Virus record (IMG/VR): IMGVR_UViG_3300020121_000217
Location: 1-47,032 of that record
Source of the DNA: a virus
Length of the DNA: 47,032 bases
Strand: one strand, 5' to 3'
The notes below the pieces were generated by a model. The model ran no database searches and was not told where the DNA came from. It saw only the letters and a program-made list of their open reading frames with translations. The stretch's first letter is position 1; every line of letters begins with the position of its first letter. A program made the translations under genes and the position numbers. Of the stretch, positions 24,940 to 32,018 are shown one piece after another.

Positions 24940-24968
24940 AAGATCAACAGTGTACGAATCCGTGTACT
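24940..24968 (+). repeat. 29-bp direct repeat copy 2 (AAGATCAACAGTGTACGAATCCGTGTACT)
   Basis: See copy 1; the pair flanks the attP core. Confidence 0.8.
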
Positions 24969-25405
24969 CAGCGTGGCGGCGGGTCGTCGTTCCTCTCCTC
25001 GAGCAAGCTCTCGAAGATGTCCGCCGTGGAGTCCCAGTACGCCTGATCTCTGGGCGGGAATAGCCGATCCGTCGCGTCGGCGCCCCGCATTGCCGGGACC
25101 GGCACGCGGGCGGGCGCCGACGTGACAGACCGCGCCGTCTCCCCACCCTCATGGCCCGAGTGGGGCTGTCGGGGGTGCAGTCGGATCAGGAGTGCCGCGA
25201 CGACGCCGGCCGCGCCGATGGTCGTCAGGTACGACGCGAGCGGTGCGGGAGTCTCGCCTTCGATCTGTGTGATGAGCAGGACTGACCCGGCGGCCAGACA
25301 CAGCGCGGACAATGTGGCGAGGATCGGTACGCCGGCGATCCTGATGTGGAAATACTTGGGGTTGGGCTCTCTGCTCCGGGCGGGTTGGGACACATGGACC
25401 TCCAT
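24968..25405 (-). CDS. Membrane protein, two predicted TM segments, next to attP (145 aa)
   Basis: ORF-track ORF with hydrophobic stretches VPILATLSALCLAAGSVLLI and LTTIGAAGVVAALLI. Confidence 0.65.
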   Translation of the reverse strand: MEVHVSQPARSREPNPKYFHIRIAGVPILATLSALCLAAGSVLLITQIEGETPAPLASYLTTIGAAGVVAALLIRLHPRQPHSGHEGGETARSVTSAPARVPVPAMRGADATDRLFPPRDQAYWDSTADIFESLLEERNDDPPPR

Positions 25406-25601
25406 GGGTTGGGGTCATGTGCTCTGGCGTCTCGCAGGCCACCGGGGCACCTGAAACGCCAACGTATGCCGCCGCGGTCCCGAGCAGGACTGGGCCGTTC
25501 AGCCGGAACGGACAGTACGTGCGTCGCTGTTCGTAATCCGACAATTACGCATTGTGGTTGACGTGGTGGCGCAGACACTCACGGTAGAGAATGCATTTAG
25601 G

Positions 25602-25655
25602 CCCGTGGCCAGGGTTGCGCTGCGAGTCACAGACCCTGGCCACGGGTTCTTTGTG
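25602..25655 (+). terminator. 13-bp perfect stem hairpin followed by TTCTTTGTG (intrinsic-terminator-like on the + strand) in a non-coding region
   Basis: CCCGTGGCCAGGG...CCCTGGCCACGGG read directly. Confidence 0.4.
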
Positions 25656-25797
25656 CGCGGCCGGACGCGCGGTCTTCGCGGATGAGGCTTCACATTCTCA
25701 ACCTGAGAATCCACTTTCGGGTTACGCGGATCGGCCGATCCTGGCGCACCGTTCGGCGTCCGTGCCCGATCGTGGAGAGTCCATGATCGCCGCGAGG

Positions 25798-26199
25798 CTA
25801 GCGGACGGTGAAGGTTTTACCGAGGGATGAGATTAATTCGGTTTCGCCGCCGCGGTGTATGACGAGGATCGGCACGCCCTGGGCGAGCCCGTGCGCCTCG
25901 CACTCGGCCGACGTCGGCATCCGCACCTCGAAGTCGGTCCCGCGCATCAGTGGCTGGATCTCGCTGGGCACGTCAGCACGCACCCAGGTGCCGCGGCCTG
26001 GCTCTACGCGGATTAGGCCTTCGATGCGCAGCTCGCGCAGGGCGCGCCGTACGGTCTCGCGCGCCAGCCCGTAGGTCTGCATCAGCCTGTTCTCGCTGGG
26101 TATCAACGTGCCCGACGGCAGCCGGCCGTCGGTGATCTGCGCGCGCAGCTCGGCCGCCAGTTGCCGGTAGACGGCGGCGTCCGGGTTGCGCTTGATCAC
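25798..26199 (-). CDS. Short GntR-family transcriptional regulator (133 aa from GTG 26199; ATG 26364 is the longest alternative)
   Basis: YRQLAAELRAQITDGRLPSGTLIPSENRLMQTYGLARETVRRALRELRIEGLI is a GntR wHTH. The 26364 start would overlap the DUF397 gene by 49 nt. Confidence 0.7.
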   Translation of the reverse strand: MIKRNPDAAVYRQLAAELRAQITDGRLPSGTLIPSENRLMQTYGLARETVRRALRELRIEGLIRVEPGRGTWVRADVPSEIQPLMRGTDFEVRMPTSAECEAHGLAQGVPILVIHRGGETELISSLGKTFTVR

Positions 26200-26210
26200 G
26201 TAGCGGGACG

Positions 26211-26229
26211 GTAGACGCTCCGGTAGACC
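26211..26229 (-). promoter_or_regulatory. Two GTCTAC boxes (minus-strand reading) upstream of the GntR start
   Basis: GGTCTACCGGAGCGTCTACC on the minus strand. A related CTAGAC lies at 26249. Confidence 0.35.
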
Positions 26230-26315
26230 TGTCCACTTGTGTACCTCTCTAGACGAGTACGCGCGGATGGCGCCGCCCTCGGGTCGGCGCCATCCGTAGA
26301 TCCTGTAGCGGAGTG

Positions 26316-26513
26316 CTACTCGTCGAACTCGCCGGCGCGCACGCCCTGGGTGAACGCCAGCCATTCGGCGGCGCTGAAGACGAGCAGGGGCCCCTCAGGG
26401 TTCTTGCTGTCGCGGACGGCGAACGCGCCGCCGGTCGCCTTCATCTCGACACAGTTGCCGGACTCTCCACTGAAGGAGGACTTCCGCCAGCCGTCTTCGG
26501 TTTCGTTTTCCAC
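26316..26513 (-). CDS. DUF397-domain protein (BldB-like small protein, 65 aa)
   Basis: WRKSSFSGESGNCVEMKATGGAFAVRDSKNPEGPLLVFSAAEWLAFTQGVRAGEFD matches the DUF397 signature. Confidence 0.85.
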   Translation of the reverse strand: MENETEDGWRKSSFSGESGNCVEMKATGGAFAVRDSKNPEGPLLVFSAAEWLAFTQGVRAGEFDE

Positions 26514-26977
26514 TATGGCTCCTCTGTGTGTGTTACGCCCGAGCTGGTCAGCGTCGGGACATCTGCGGCCGTATCCGGGTACAACTCTGCGGCGAGCACG
26601 TCCAGGGCGGCCTGCTCCGTTGCGAGGCGCTCCCGGAGTTCCGGCAGGCTGTCCTGCAGGCGCTGGAATTCACCTTCCCGTTTCGTGATCTCGTCGCGGA
26701 GCCACCGGACCCGGTCGGCCTTCGTCTGTAGGGCGTGAGCCCGCTCGTGGCGCTGCGTCCGGTAGTTGGTGCCGGCGACGCCGCCGCAGAGCTTCCCCTC
26801 GCGGACGAGGCGGTCGAGGATGTTCCTGACGGTGATCTCCAGGAATTCACGGCCGTAGGCGGCGGTCAGTGAGCAGCTGAGCTTCGTTACTCCGGCCCCG
26901 ATTGGCCCGGCCGCGTCGATCTCGTCGAGCAGGCGCCCCTGGAGGCCGGGGGTGTCTGGATAGCGTTCGTCGGTCAT
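26513..26977 (-). CDS. Hypothetical protein, N-terminal wHTH-like region plus C-terminal coiled coil (154 aa)
   Basis: ORF-track ORF; its stop overlaps the DUF397 start by 1 nt. Confidence 0.65.
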   Translation of the reverse strand: MTDERYPDTPGLQGRLLDEIDAAGPIGAGVTKLSCSLTAAYGREFLEITVRNILDRLVREGKLCGGVAGTNYRTQRHERAHALQTKADRVRWLRDEITKREGEFQRLQDSLPELRERLATEQAALDVLAAELYPDTAADVPTLTSSGVTHTEEP

Positions 26978-27206
26978 CGCAATCCCATCGTTCGCGCGAA
27001 GTCAGCGGCGTGGAGTTCCTGCCTGAGATATCCGACGCATGGGAACGGGCGGCAGCAGGTACACAGCCAGCGCAGTGGCCACCTAAGCCGATGGTGAAGA
27101 ACATTCACGATCGTCTACCCCCTACCTTCCGCCGTGGATCCGGACATACATTGATGTGCAGGACTACAGCGTCGCCAGGCATCCACGACCGTTGAAGTAC
27201 CTAGCC

Positions 27207-27222
27207 GTCTACACCCGTCTAC
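27207..27222 (+). promoter_or_regulatory. Tandem CCGTCTACA boxes 10 bp apart, 14 nt upstream of the XRE gene start
   Basis: GTCTAC at 27207 and 27217, plus a third at 27113. Confidence 0.35.
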
Positions 27223-27236
27223 AGATCGCGCAGCCA

Positions 27237-28442
27237 ATGGCCGAAACGTTCGCCGAAGTGCTCAAATCAGTCCGGGAGGCAACCGGGCTGAGTCTCAGCG
27301 CGATCGCGGCCCGAACACACTTCGGCAAGTCCACGCTCGGGCACATCGAGAACGGCATACGTCAACCGTCGGCCGAGATCGCCGCCGCGTGCGACAAGGC
27401 GCTCGGCACGTCGCCGCTGCTCGCGCGACTGTTCGACCTCGACGGAAAAGGGGACACCGTGCAACGGCGGACGCTGATGAGAGGCATTGCAGCCGGCCTA
27501 GGCGGCGGCGGAATCGGCATGGACTTCTTCGCCGCGCAGGTCCAAGCCGGACTGCTAGAGGCAATCGGTGAACCCCACGACTGGGACTCGATCGTCGACA
27601 CCTACCGGCGGCGCCTGGTCCAGGAGCCATCGGCGGAGTACGGGGAGTCGCTGCTCACGGAAGTGACGCTCGCGCATTATCTGGTGGTCGACGCCGGTGG
27701 CGACGACAAGACCATGCTGCGGGCGGCCGCCGAGCTTTCGCATCTCTACGGCCTGTGGCTCGGTAACCAGAGCCGGATCGTCGCGGCGCACGGCTGGTAC
27801 AAGACGTCGATCATGCTGGCCGACCGCAGTACCGACCTCGAACTGACGACCTACATGATCGGCCGGACCGCATCCCGCGAGGTCTATGAAGGAGCGACGC
27901 TCAGCGAGACGATCGCGGCCGCGGAGAAAACGCTGGCGTTGTCACGGACCGCGACCCGCGGTGTGCTCGAGGCGAACTCGGCCTTAGCCCATGCGTGGGC
28001 CCTAACCGGCGACCTTGCGAAGGGCCGCACGGCGATCATCGGGATGGAGAACGTCGCCGGCGAGCTCGCGGACGCGGACGCGATCGCCGGCCCGGTTCAG
28101 CGGACATGGAGCGTCCGGACGTTCTTCGAGTGCCGCACCGCGCCGATAGACGACGCGTACGAGGTGTTCAACCAAGCGGAGCGGATGTTGCGGTCTGCGC
28201 CGGTGTGGCTGGTCGAGGCCCGCATGTACTGGGCCCGCGCCCAGGTCGCCGCCGGCGATGTCACCGGCGGGATCCGGTACGCGTTGGAGGCGATCCGCAC
28301 GAGCGGGCAGGATGCGCGGATAATCGGGGTAGCAGTCCGCGACATCCTCTTCGTCGTCCCGGCCGGTTACCGGTCGGAGGAGCTGGACGAGCTGCGTCTG
28401 TACGCCGCCAAGGGCGCGATGCCATGGGAGATGCTCGTATGA
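27237..28442 (+). CDS. XRE-family HTH regulator with long helical (TPR-like) C-terminal domain, WhiJ-like (401 aa)
   Basis: MAETFAEVLKSVREATGLSLSAIAARTHFGKSTLGHIENGIRQPS is an XRE-type HTH. The C-terminal ~330 aa is Ala/Leu-rich and helical. ORF-track start 27156 is possible. Confidence 0.75.
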   Translation: MAETFAEVLKSVREATGLSLSAIAARTHFGKSTLGHIENGIRQPSAEIAAACDKALGTSPLLARLFDLDGKGDTVQRRTLMRGIAAGLGGGGIGMDFFAAQVQAGLLEAIGEPHDWDSIVDTYRRRLVQEPSAEYGESLLTEVTLAHYLVVDAGGDDKTMLRAAAELSHLYGLWLGNQSRIVAAHGWYKTSIMLADRSTDLELTTYMIGRTASREVYEGATLSETIAAAEKTLALSRTATRGVLEANSALAHAWALTGDLAKGRTAIIGMENVAGELADADAIAGPVQRTWSVRTFFECRTAPIDDAYEVFNQAERMLRSAPVWLVEARMYWARAQVAAGDVTGGIRYALEAIRTSGQDARIIGVAVRDILFVVPAGYRSEELDELRLYAAKGAMPWEMLV

Positions 28443-28609
28443 CGAAGCCACGGAAGTCGACCGCCGAGGAACGCGAGCTGGTTGAGCGGCGCACCGAGGA
28501 ACACGCGGAGCGGATCGCCGAAGAACGCGCCTGGATGGATGAGGACGCCGTCAGCCATGGCGAGGATCCCGATCCGGAGGCCGAGCCACCGAGGCGGTTA
28601 CATCCCTAG
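28439..28609 (+). CDS. Small highly charged protein (56 aa)
   Basis: ATG 28439 overlaps the XRE stop (ATGA). Sequence: MTKPRKSTAEERELVERRTEEH... Confidence 0.45.
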   Translation: MTKPRKSTAEERELVERRTEEHAERIAEERAWMDEDAVSHGEDPDPEAEPPRRLHP

Positions 28610-28646
28610 CTAGACGGCGGGCCAGAGCCGGGACACCCGGGTATGG

Positions 28647-28880
28647 CTACTTACCGTTGCCGATCTGCCAGGCGCGGGCCGGCTCGACGTGGAGACGCTC
28701 GGCGATCTTCTCGTACGTCATCCCGCTCGCATGCATCTGCTCAACGGCTGCCCGGCGCATCGCCTTCAGCTGAGCCTGGATGTCCGGGAGTGCGTTGAGC
28801 ACCCGGCCGATCTCGATGGCCCGCTCGGCTGGATCGGCGATCGCCCCGATCCGTTCGATGTCAGCCAAGGGGTTCTCCAT
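28647..28880 (-). CDS. Small HTH protein (77 aa), divergent from the transfer-like operon
   Basis: MTYEKIAERLHVEPARAWQIGNG is HTH-like. TAAGAT lies 6 nt upstream of the ATG. Confidence 0.6.
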   Translation of the reverse strand: MENPLADIERIGAIADPAERAIEIGRVLNALPDIQAQLKAMRRAAVEQMHASGMTYEKIAERLHVEPARAWQIGNGK

Positions 28881-28936
28881 TCCGTGATCTTAATGGCGTG
28901 GTAACGAGAGCGTAAGGGGTGGGTTCGTGAGCGCGC

Positions 28937-28976
28937 AATGCCACCCCTTGTGAAAATACTATGGGTGGCATTAGAT
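28937..28976 (+). promoter_or_regulatory. Promoter TTGTGA-17 nt-TTAGAT ending 7 nt before ATG 28984 (leaderless-type), bracketed by a 10-bp inverted repeat
   Basis: AATGCCACCC (28937-28946) and GGGTGGCATT (28963-28972) read directly. Confidence 0.5.
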
Positions 28977-28983
28977 TGACGGC

Positions 28984-29754
28984 ATGACCTCATCGACCGT
29001 CCTCACAGAGGACACCGGACAACTGGTTGTCCTGACCGACCTCAACGCCGACCCGGACCCGCTCCTCACTGCGGCCGAGGCCCTGACCGACACGCTCGGA
29101 TGTATCCCCAGCCGCAACGTGCTGATGCAAAAACTTCACGTCGGCGTCCCGCGAGCGAACAGGATCCGCGAACAGCTCATCACCAGACACCCGGATGTCC
29201 CGGTATCCGGTGGAGCGCCGGCTACCTACCCCATGCCGGCCACCTATACCCGGCCCGACCAGCCGGGACAACCGGCCGAGCCGGTGGGTGTCCCGAAGCC
29301 GCACCGCCGCGCACGGCGGGTCCGTTCCTGGCCGCTGATCCTGATCGCGCTGCCGGCGTTCGTGGCGATCTGGTCCGGCTGGGTCGGCCTCGGCGGCCTC
29401 ACCGGATTCGGGATCGTGCATCCGTTCCCGGGCATCGATGACGGGATCCAGCTGAACACAGCGATCACGCTCCCGATCGGGGTCGAGGTCTATGCCGCGT
29501 ACGCGATCCGCGTCTGGTTGTCCCCCTGGGTGTCCGACCGCGCCCGTAAGTTCGCCCGCCGGACATCGGTCGCCGCGCTGGTCCTCGGCGCCGGTGGCCA
29601 GATCGCCTACCACCTGATGGCGGCCGCACACATGACCCGCGCGCCGTGGGAGGTCACGACCGCCGTGTCCGCGCTACCGGTCGCTGTCGTCTTCGCCGGA
29701 TCCGCACTCGCGCATCTGGTCCACAAAGACCAGCCGACGACTACGTCGGCCTGA
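28984..29754 (+). CDS. Polytopic membrane protein, DUF2637-like (256 aa)
   Basis: Soluble N-terminal ~110 aa followed by 4-5 hydrophobic segments (WPLILIALPAFVAIWSGWVGL ...). Sits upstream of an FtsK-like gene as in AICEs. Confidence 0.6.
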   Translation: MTSSTVLTEDTGQLVVLTDLNADPDPLLTAAEALTDTLGCIPSRNVLMQKLHVGVPRANRIREQLITRHPDVPVSGGAPATYPMPATYTRPDQPGQPAEPVGVPKPHRRARRVRSWPLILIALPAFVAIWSGWVGLGGLTGFGIVHPFPGIDDGIQLNTAITLPIGVEVYAAYAIRVWLSPWVSDRARKFARRTSVAALVLGAGGQIAYHLMAAAHMTRAPWEVTTAVSALPVAVVFAGSALAHLVHKDQPTTTSA

Positions 29755-29769
29755 CGGAAGGAGATCCAC

Positions 29770-29919
29770 ATGACCGAGAACAACACCATCACCGACAAGC
29801 AGATGGCTGACTTGACCCGCCGAGCGCAGAAAGCCGCGACCGGATCGATGTTCTCGAAGGACGCGGTCGACCGCCGCAACGCCAGTAACGCGCAGGCCGC
29901 GAAGGCAGACCAGTCCTAG
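29770..29919 (+). CDS. Small protein (49 aa), not in the ORF track
   Basis: GGAAGGAG RBS 6 nt before ATG 29770. My translation: MTENNTITDKQMADLTRRAQKAATGSMFSKDAVDRRNASNAQAAKADQS. Confidence 0.5.
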   Translation: MTENNTITDKQMADLTRRAQKAATGSMFSKDAVDRRNASNAQAAKADQS

Positions 29920-30007
29920 ATGCGCCCGGCGCGCGGCCTGCCGGCCTAGGAACCTCGGCCGCGCGCCGGTCCCCTCCGTACCTCGCAGCACATCGGGAGA
30001 CCACAGT

Positions 30008-31768
30008 ATGACCTGGAAGACCGTTGCCTACCGCTATCTGGCCGGCCGGCCGCTCGACGGCCGCGCCGGCTATCCGTACCTTCGACCCGGCGCGGGCCGG
30101 CTGGCGGGCTGGCAGCGCCAGATCGCCCGGGTGGCGATCCCCGCCGCCACCGTGCTCGCCGCGGCCGAGCCGCACAACGCCGCAGTCGCCGCCACGATGG
30201 CCGGCATTGTCGCCGTCGTCGGGGTCCGCCGGCGGCTGCTGCGGCGCCGGTTCCGGCGCGAATACATCGCCCCGACCCTCGCGGCGGTCACCGCCCCGCT
30301 CGGGGGCGTACCCGTGAAGCTTCACGTCGACCCGGGCCTCGGGAACCTCACGCCGCGGCTGGCGAAGCCACTCAGCCCGGCCGAGCGGCACCTGCGCCGC
30401 GTCTACGGCGAACACGTCGAGCCGGTACTGCGGTGGCCGGCGGACCGGGCGATGCGCGGCCTGTGGCTGCTGCAGCGCATCGCGATACCGGTGACGTCGC
30501 GGGTCGCCGCGGCGGTCCGCCGGCCGGGGGAGAAGCCGGGCCCGCGGATCGAGCTGACGGCGTCGACGCCGTACCTGACCGCGGAGCAGCGCAAGCTGAT
30601 CTCGTCGATCATCACCAGCAAGCTGCCCGTCTCCGATCTCGTCGAGACGTGGGACCAGGTCGGCGCGAAAGTCACCGGCACCTGGGTCGTACGGAAGCGG
30701 CCGCCGTCACAGGTCGGCTACGACGAACTCGTCGCGGCGATGCCACGCCTCGCCGAATGGGAGTTCTACATCGGCCAGGGCCCCGGCAACACCGCGGTGA
30801 CGATCAGCCTGAAAGACGACTCGCCACACATCGCCGTGTCCGCCGGATCCGGCGCCGGCAAGTCCGTGCTCGCGCAGCTCCTCGCCGTCCAGGTCCTCGC
30901 CCGCGGCGGCCGCGTCACGATCCTCGACCGCAAGGGCAGCCACCGGTGGGCCCTCGGCCTACCGGGAGTCGACTACTGCACCAAGCCGGCCGCGATGCAC
31001 AACGCGCTGATCCGCCTCGCCGGTCTCGCCGACCAGCGCAACACCGATGCGCTCGACGAGCCGGAGGACTGGGACCCGGGCGTACGGCATCTCGTCATCG
31101 TCGAGGAGCTCAACGCGACGATCGGGCAGCTCATGACGTACTGGGCCGACATTCGGGAGAAGTCCGACCCGAAGAAGTCGCCGGGCGTGACGAGCCTCGC
31201 CGAGATTCTGTTCATGGGACGCGCGGCGAAAATCAACGCCCTCGCGATCGCGCAGATGCTGACCGCCCGGGCGATCGGCGGCCCGGAGGCGCGCGAGAAC
31301 TTCGGCATCCGGTTCCTCGCACGGTTCACCTCGAACGCGTGGAAGATGCTCGTCCCCGAGGCCGCGCAGCCGCGCGCTTCACGGACCCTCGGACGGTGGC
31401 AGGTCGTCATCGGCGGCACGGCGGTCGAGGTCCAGGTGTGTTACCTGACGGGTGCGCAGGCACGTGCGATCGCAGCGCCCGTTACCGGTCGCGCAGAAGA
31501 CCCTGATAGCGGCTTGAGCAGCACTGTCACCGGTAACGGCGGGGAAACCGGTAACACGGTCGACCCCCTCGCTGAGCCGATCACGATCCGCGAGGCGATC
31601 GCCGAAGGCGTCCTGCCGTGGGGCAAAGACGCCGTGAAGATGCGGATGCTACGGGCACGGAAGGCCGGACGGCCGGTGCCGGCCGTCGTCGGCAAACGCG
31701 GCATGCAGACGGCCCTGTACCGCCGCGGGGACCTGATCATCTGGGCCGAATCGGAGAAGGTGTCATGA
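30008..31768 (+). CDS. FtsK/SpoIIIE-family DNA translocase ATPase, TraB/TraSA-like (586 aa)
   Basis: Walker A in VSAGSGAGKSVLAQLL, Walker B-like HLVIVEEL, N-terminal hydrophobic segments. Confidence 0.8.
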   Translation: MTWKTVAYRYLAGRPLDGRAGYPYLRPGAGRLAGWQRQIARVAIPAATVLAAAEPHNAAVAATMAGIVAVVGVRRRLLRRRFRREYIAPTLAAVTAPLGGVPVKLHVDPGLGNLTPRLAKPLSPAERHLRRVYGEHVEPVLRWPADRAMRGLWLLQRIAIPVTSRVAAAVRRPGEKPGPRIELTASTPYLTAEQRKLISSIITSKLPVSDLVETWDQVGAKVTGTWVVRKRPPSQVGYDELVAAMPRLAEWEFYIGQGPGNTAVTISLKDDSPHIAVSAGSGAGKSVLAQLLAVQVLARGGRVTILDRKGSHRWALGLPGVDYCTKPAAMHNALIRLAGLADQRNTDALDEPEDWDPGVRHLVIVEELNATIGQLMTYWADIREKSDPKKSPGVTSLAEILFMGRAAKINALAIAQMLTARAIGGPEARENFGIRFLARFTSNAWKMLVPEAAQPRASRTLGRWQVVIGGTAVEVQVCYLTGAQARAIAAPVTGRAEDPDSGLSSTVTGNGGETGNTVDPLAEPITIREAIAEGVLPWGKDAVKMRMLRARKAGRPVPAVVGKRGMQTALYRRGDLIIWAESEKVS

Positions 31769-32016
31769 CACCCGCCCAGCACGCCCACAACATCCACGTC
31801 GTCCTGTGCCTCCTCGCCGTCGCCGCCGTCGTGCTGCTCGCCGTCCGGCTCGGCGGCGTGTTCCGGTTCCCGCTCGGACGGTGCCGGCGATGCCACGGCG
31901 CCGGCGTCCTCGCCGATCGGTCCGGGCAGCACTTCCGCTCCTGCCCGCGCTGCAGCGGCAACCGGCCACTGCGGCCCGAGCGCCGCGCCATCAACCGACT
32001 CACCCGTAAGGACTGA
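31765..32016 (+). CDS. Small TM + CxxC...CxxC protein (83 aa)
   Basis: ATG 31765 overlaps the FtsK-like stop (ATGA). VVLCLLAVAAVVLLAV, then CRRCHG...CPRCSG. Confidence 0.6.
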   Translation: MTPAQHAHNIHVVLCLLAVAAVVLLAVRLGGVFRFPLGRCRRCHGAGVLADRSGQHFRSCPRCSGNRPLRPERRAINRLTRKD

Positions 32017-32018
32017 CA

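Noticed and set aside
25591-25830. The 79-aa plus-strand ORF in the non-coding gap
   Set aside because: It has implausible composition and no RBS, and it overlaps the hairpin and the end of the GntR gene.
26200-26364. A long form of the GntR protein starting at ATG 26364
   Set aside because: It would overlap the DUF397 gene by 49 nt and add an Arg-rich, low-complexity N-terminus. The GTCTAC boxes in this stretch look like an upstream operator. It is kept as an alternative only.
28439-28609. The 56-aa ORF after the XRE-TPR gene as an arbitrium/AimP-like secreted signalling peptide
   Set aside because: The peptide is highly charged throughout and has no hydrophobic signal sequence. Only the gene order resembles aimR-aimP.
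29050-29057. GACCCGGA, an 8-mer reported as a TraB recognition repeat in a Streptomyces plasmid, as a clt site
   Set aside because: It occurs as a single copy. One or two hits are expected by chance in 47 kb of high-GC DNA, and there is no clustered repeat.
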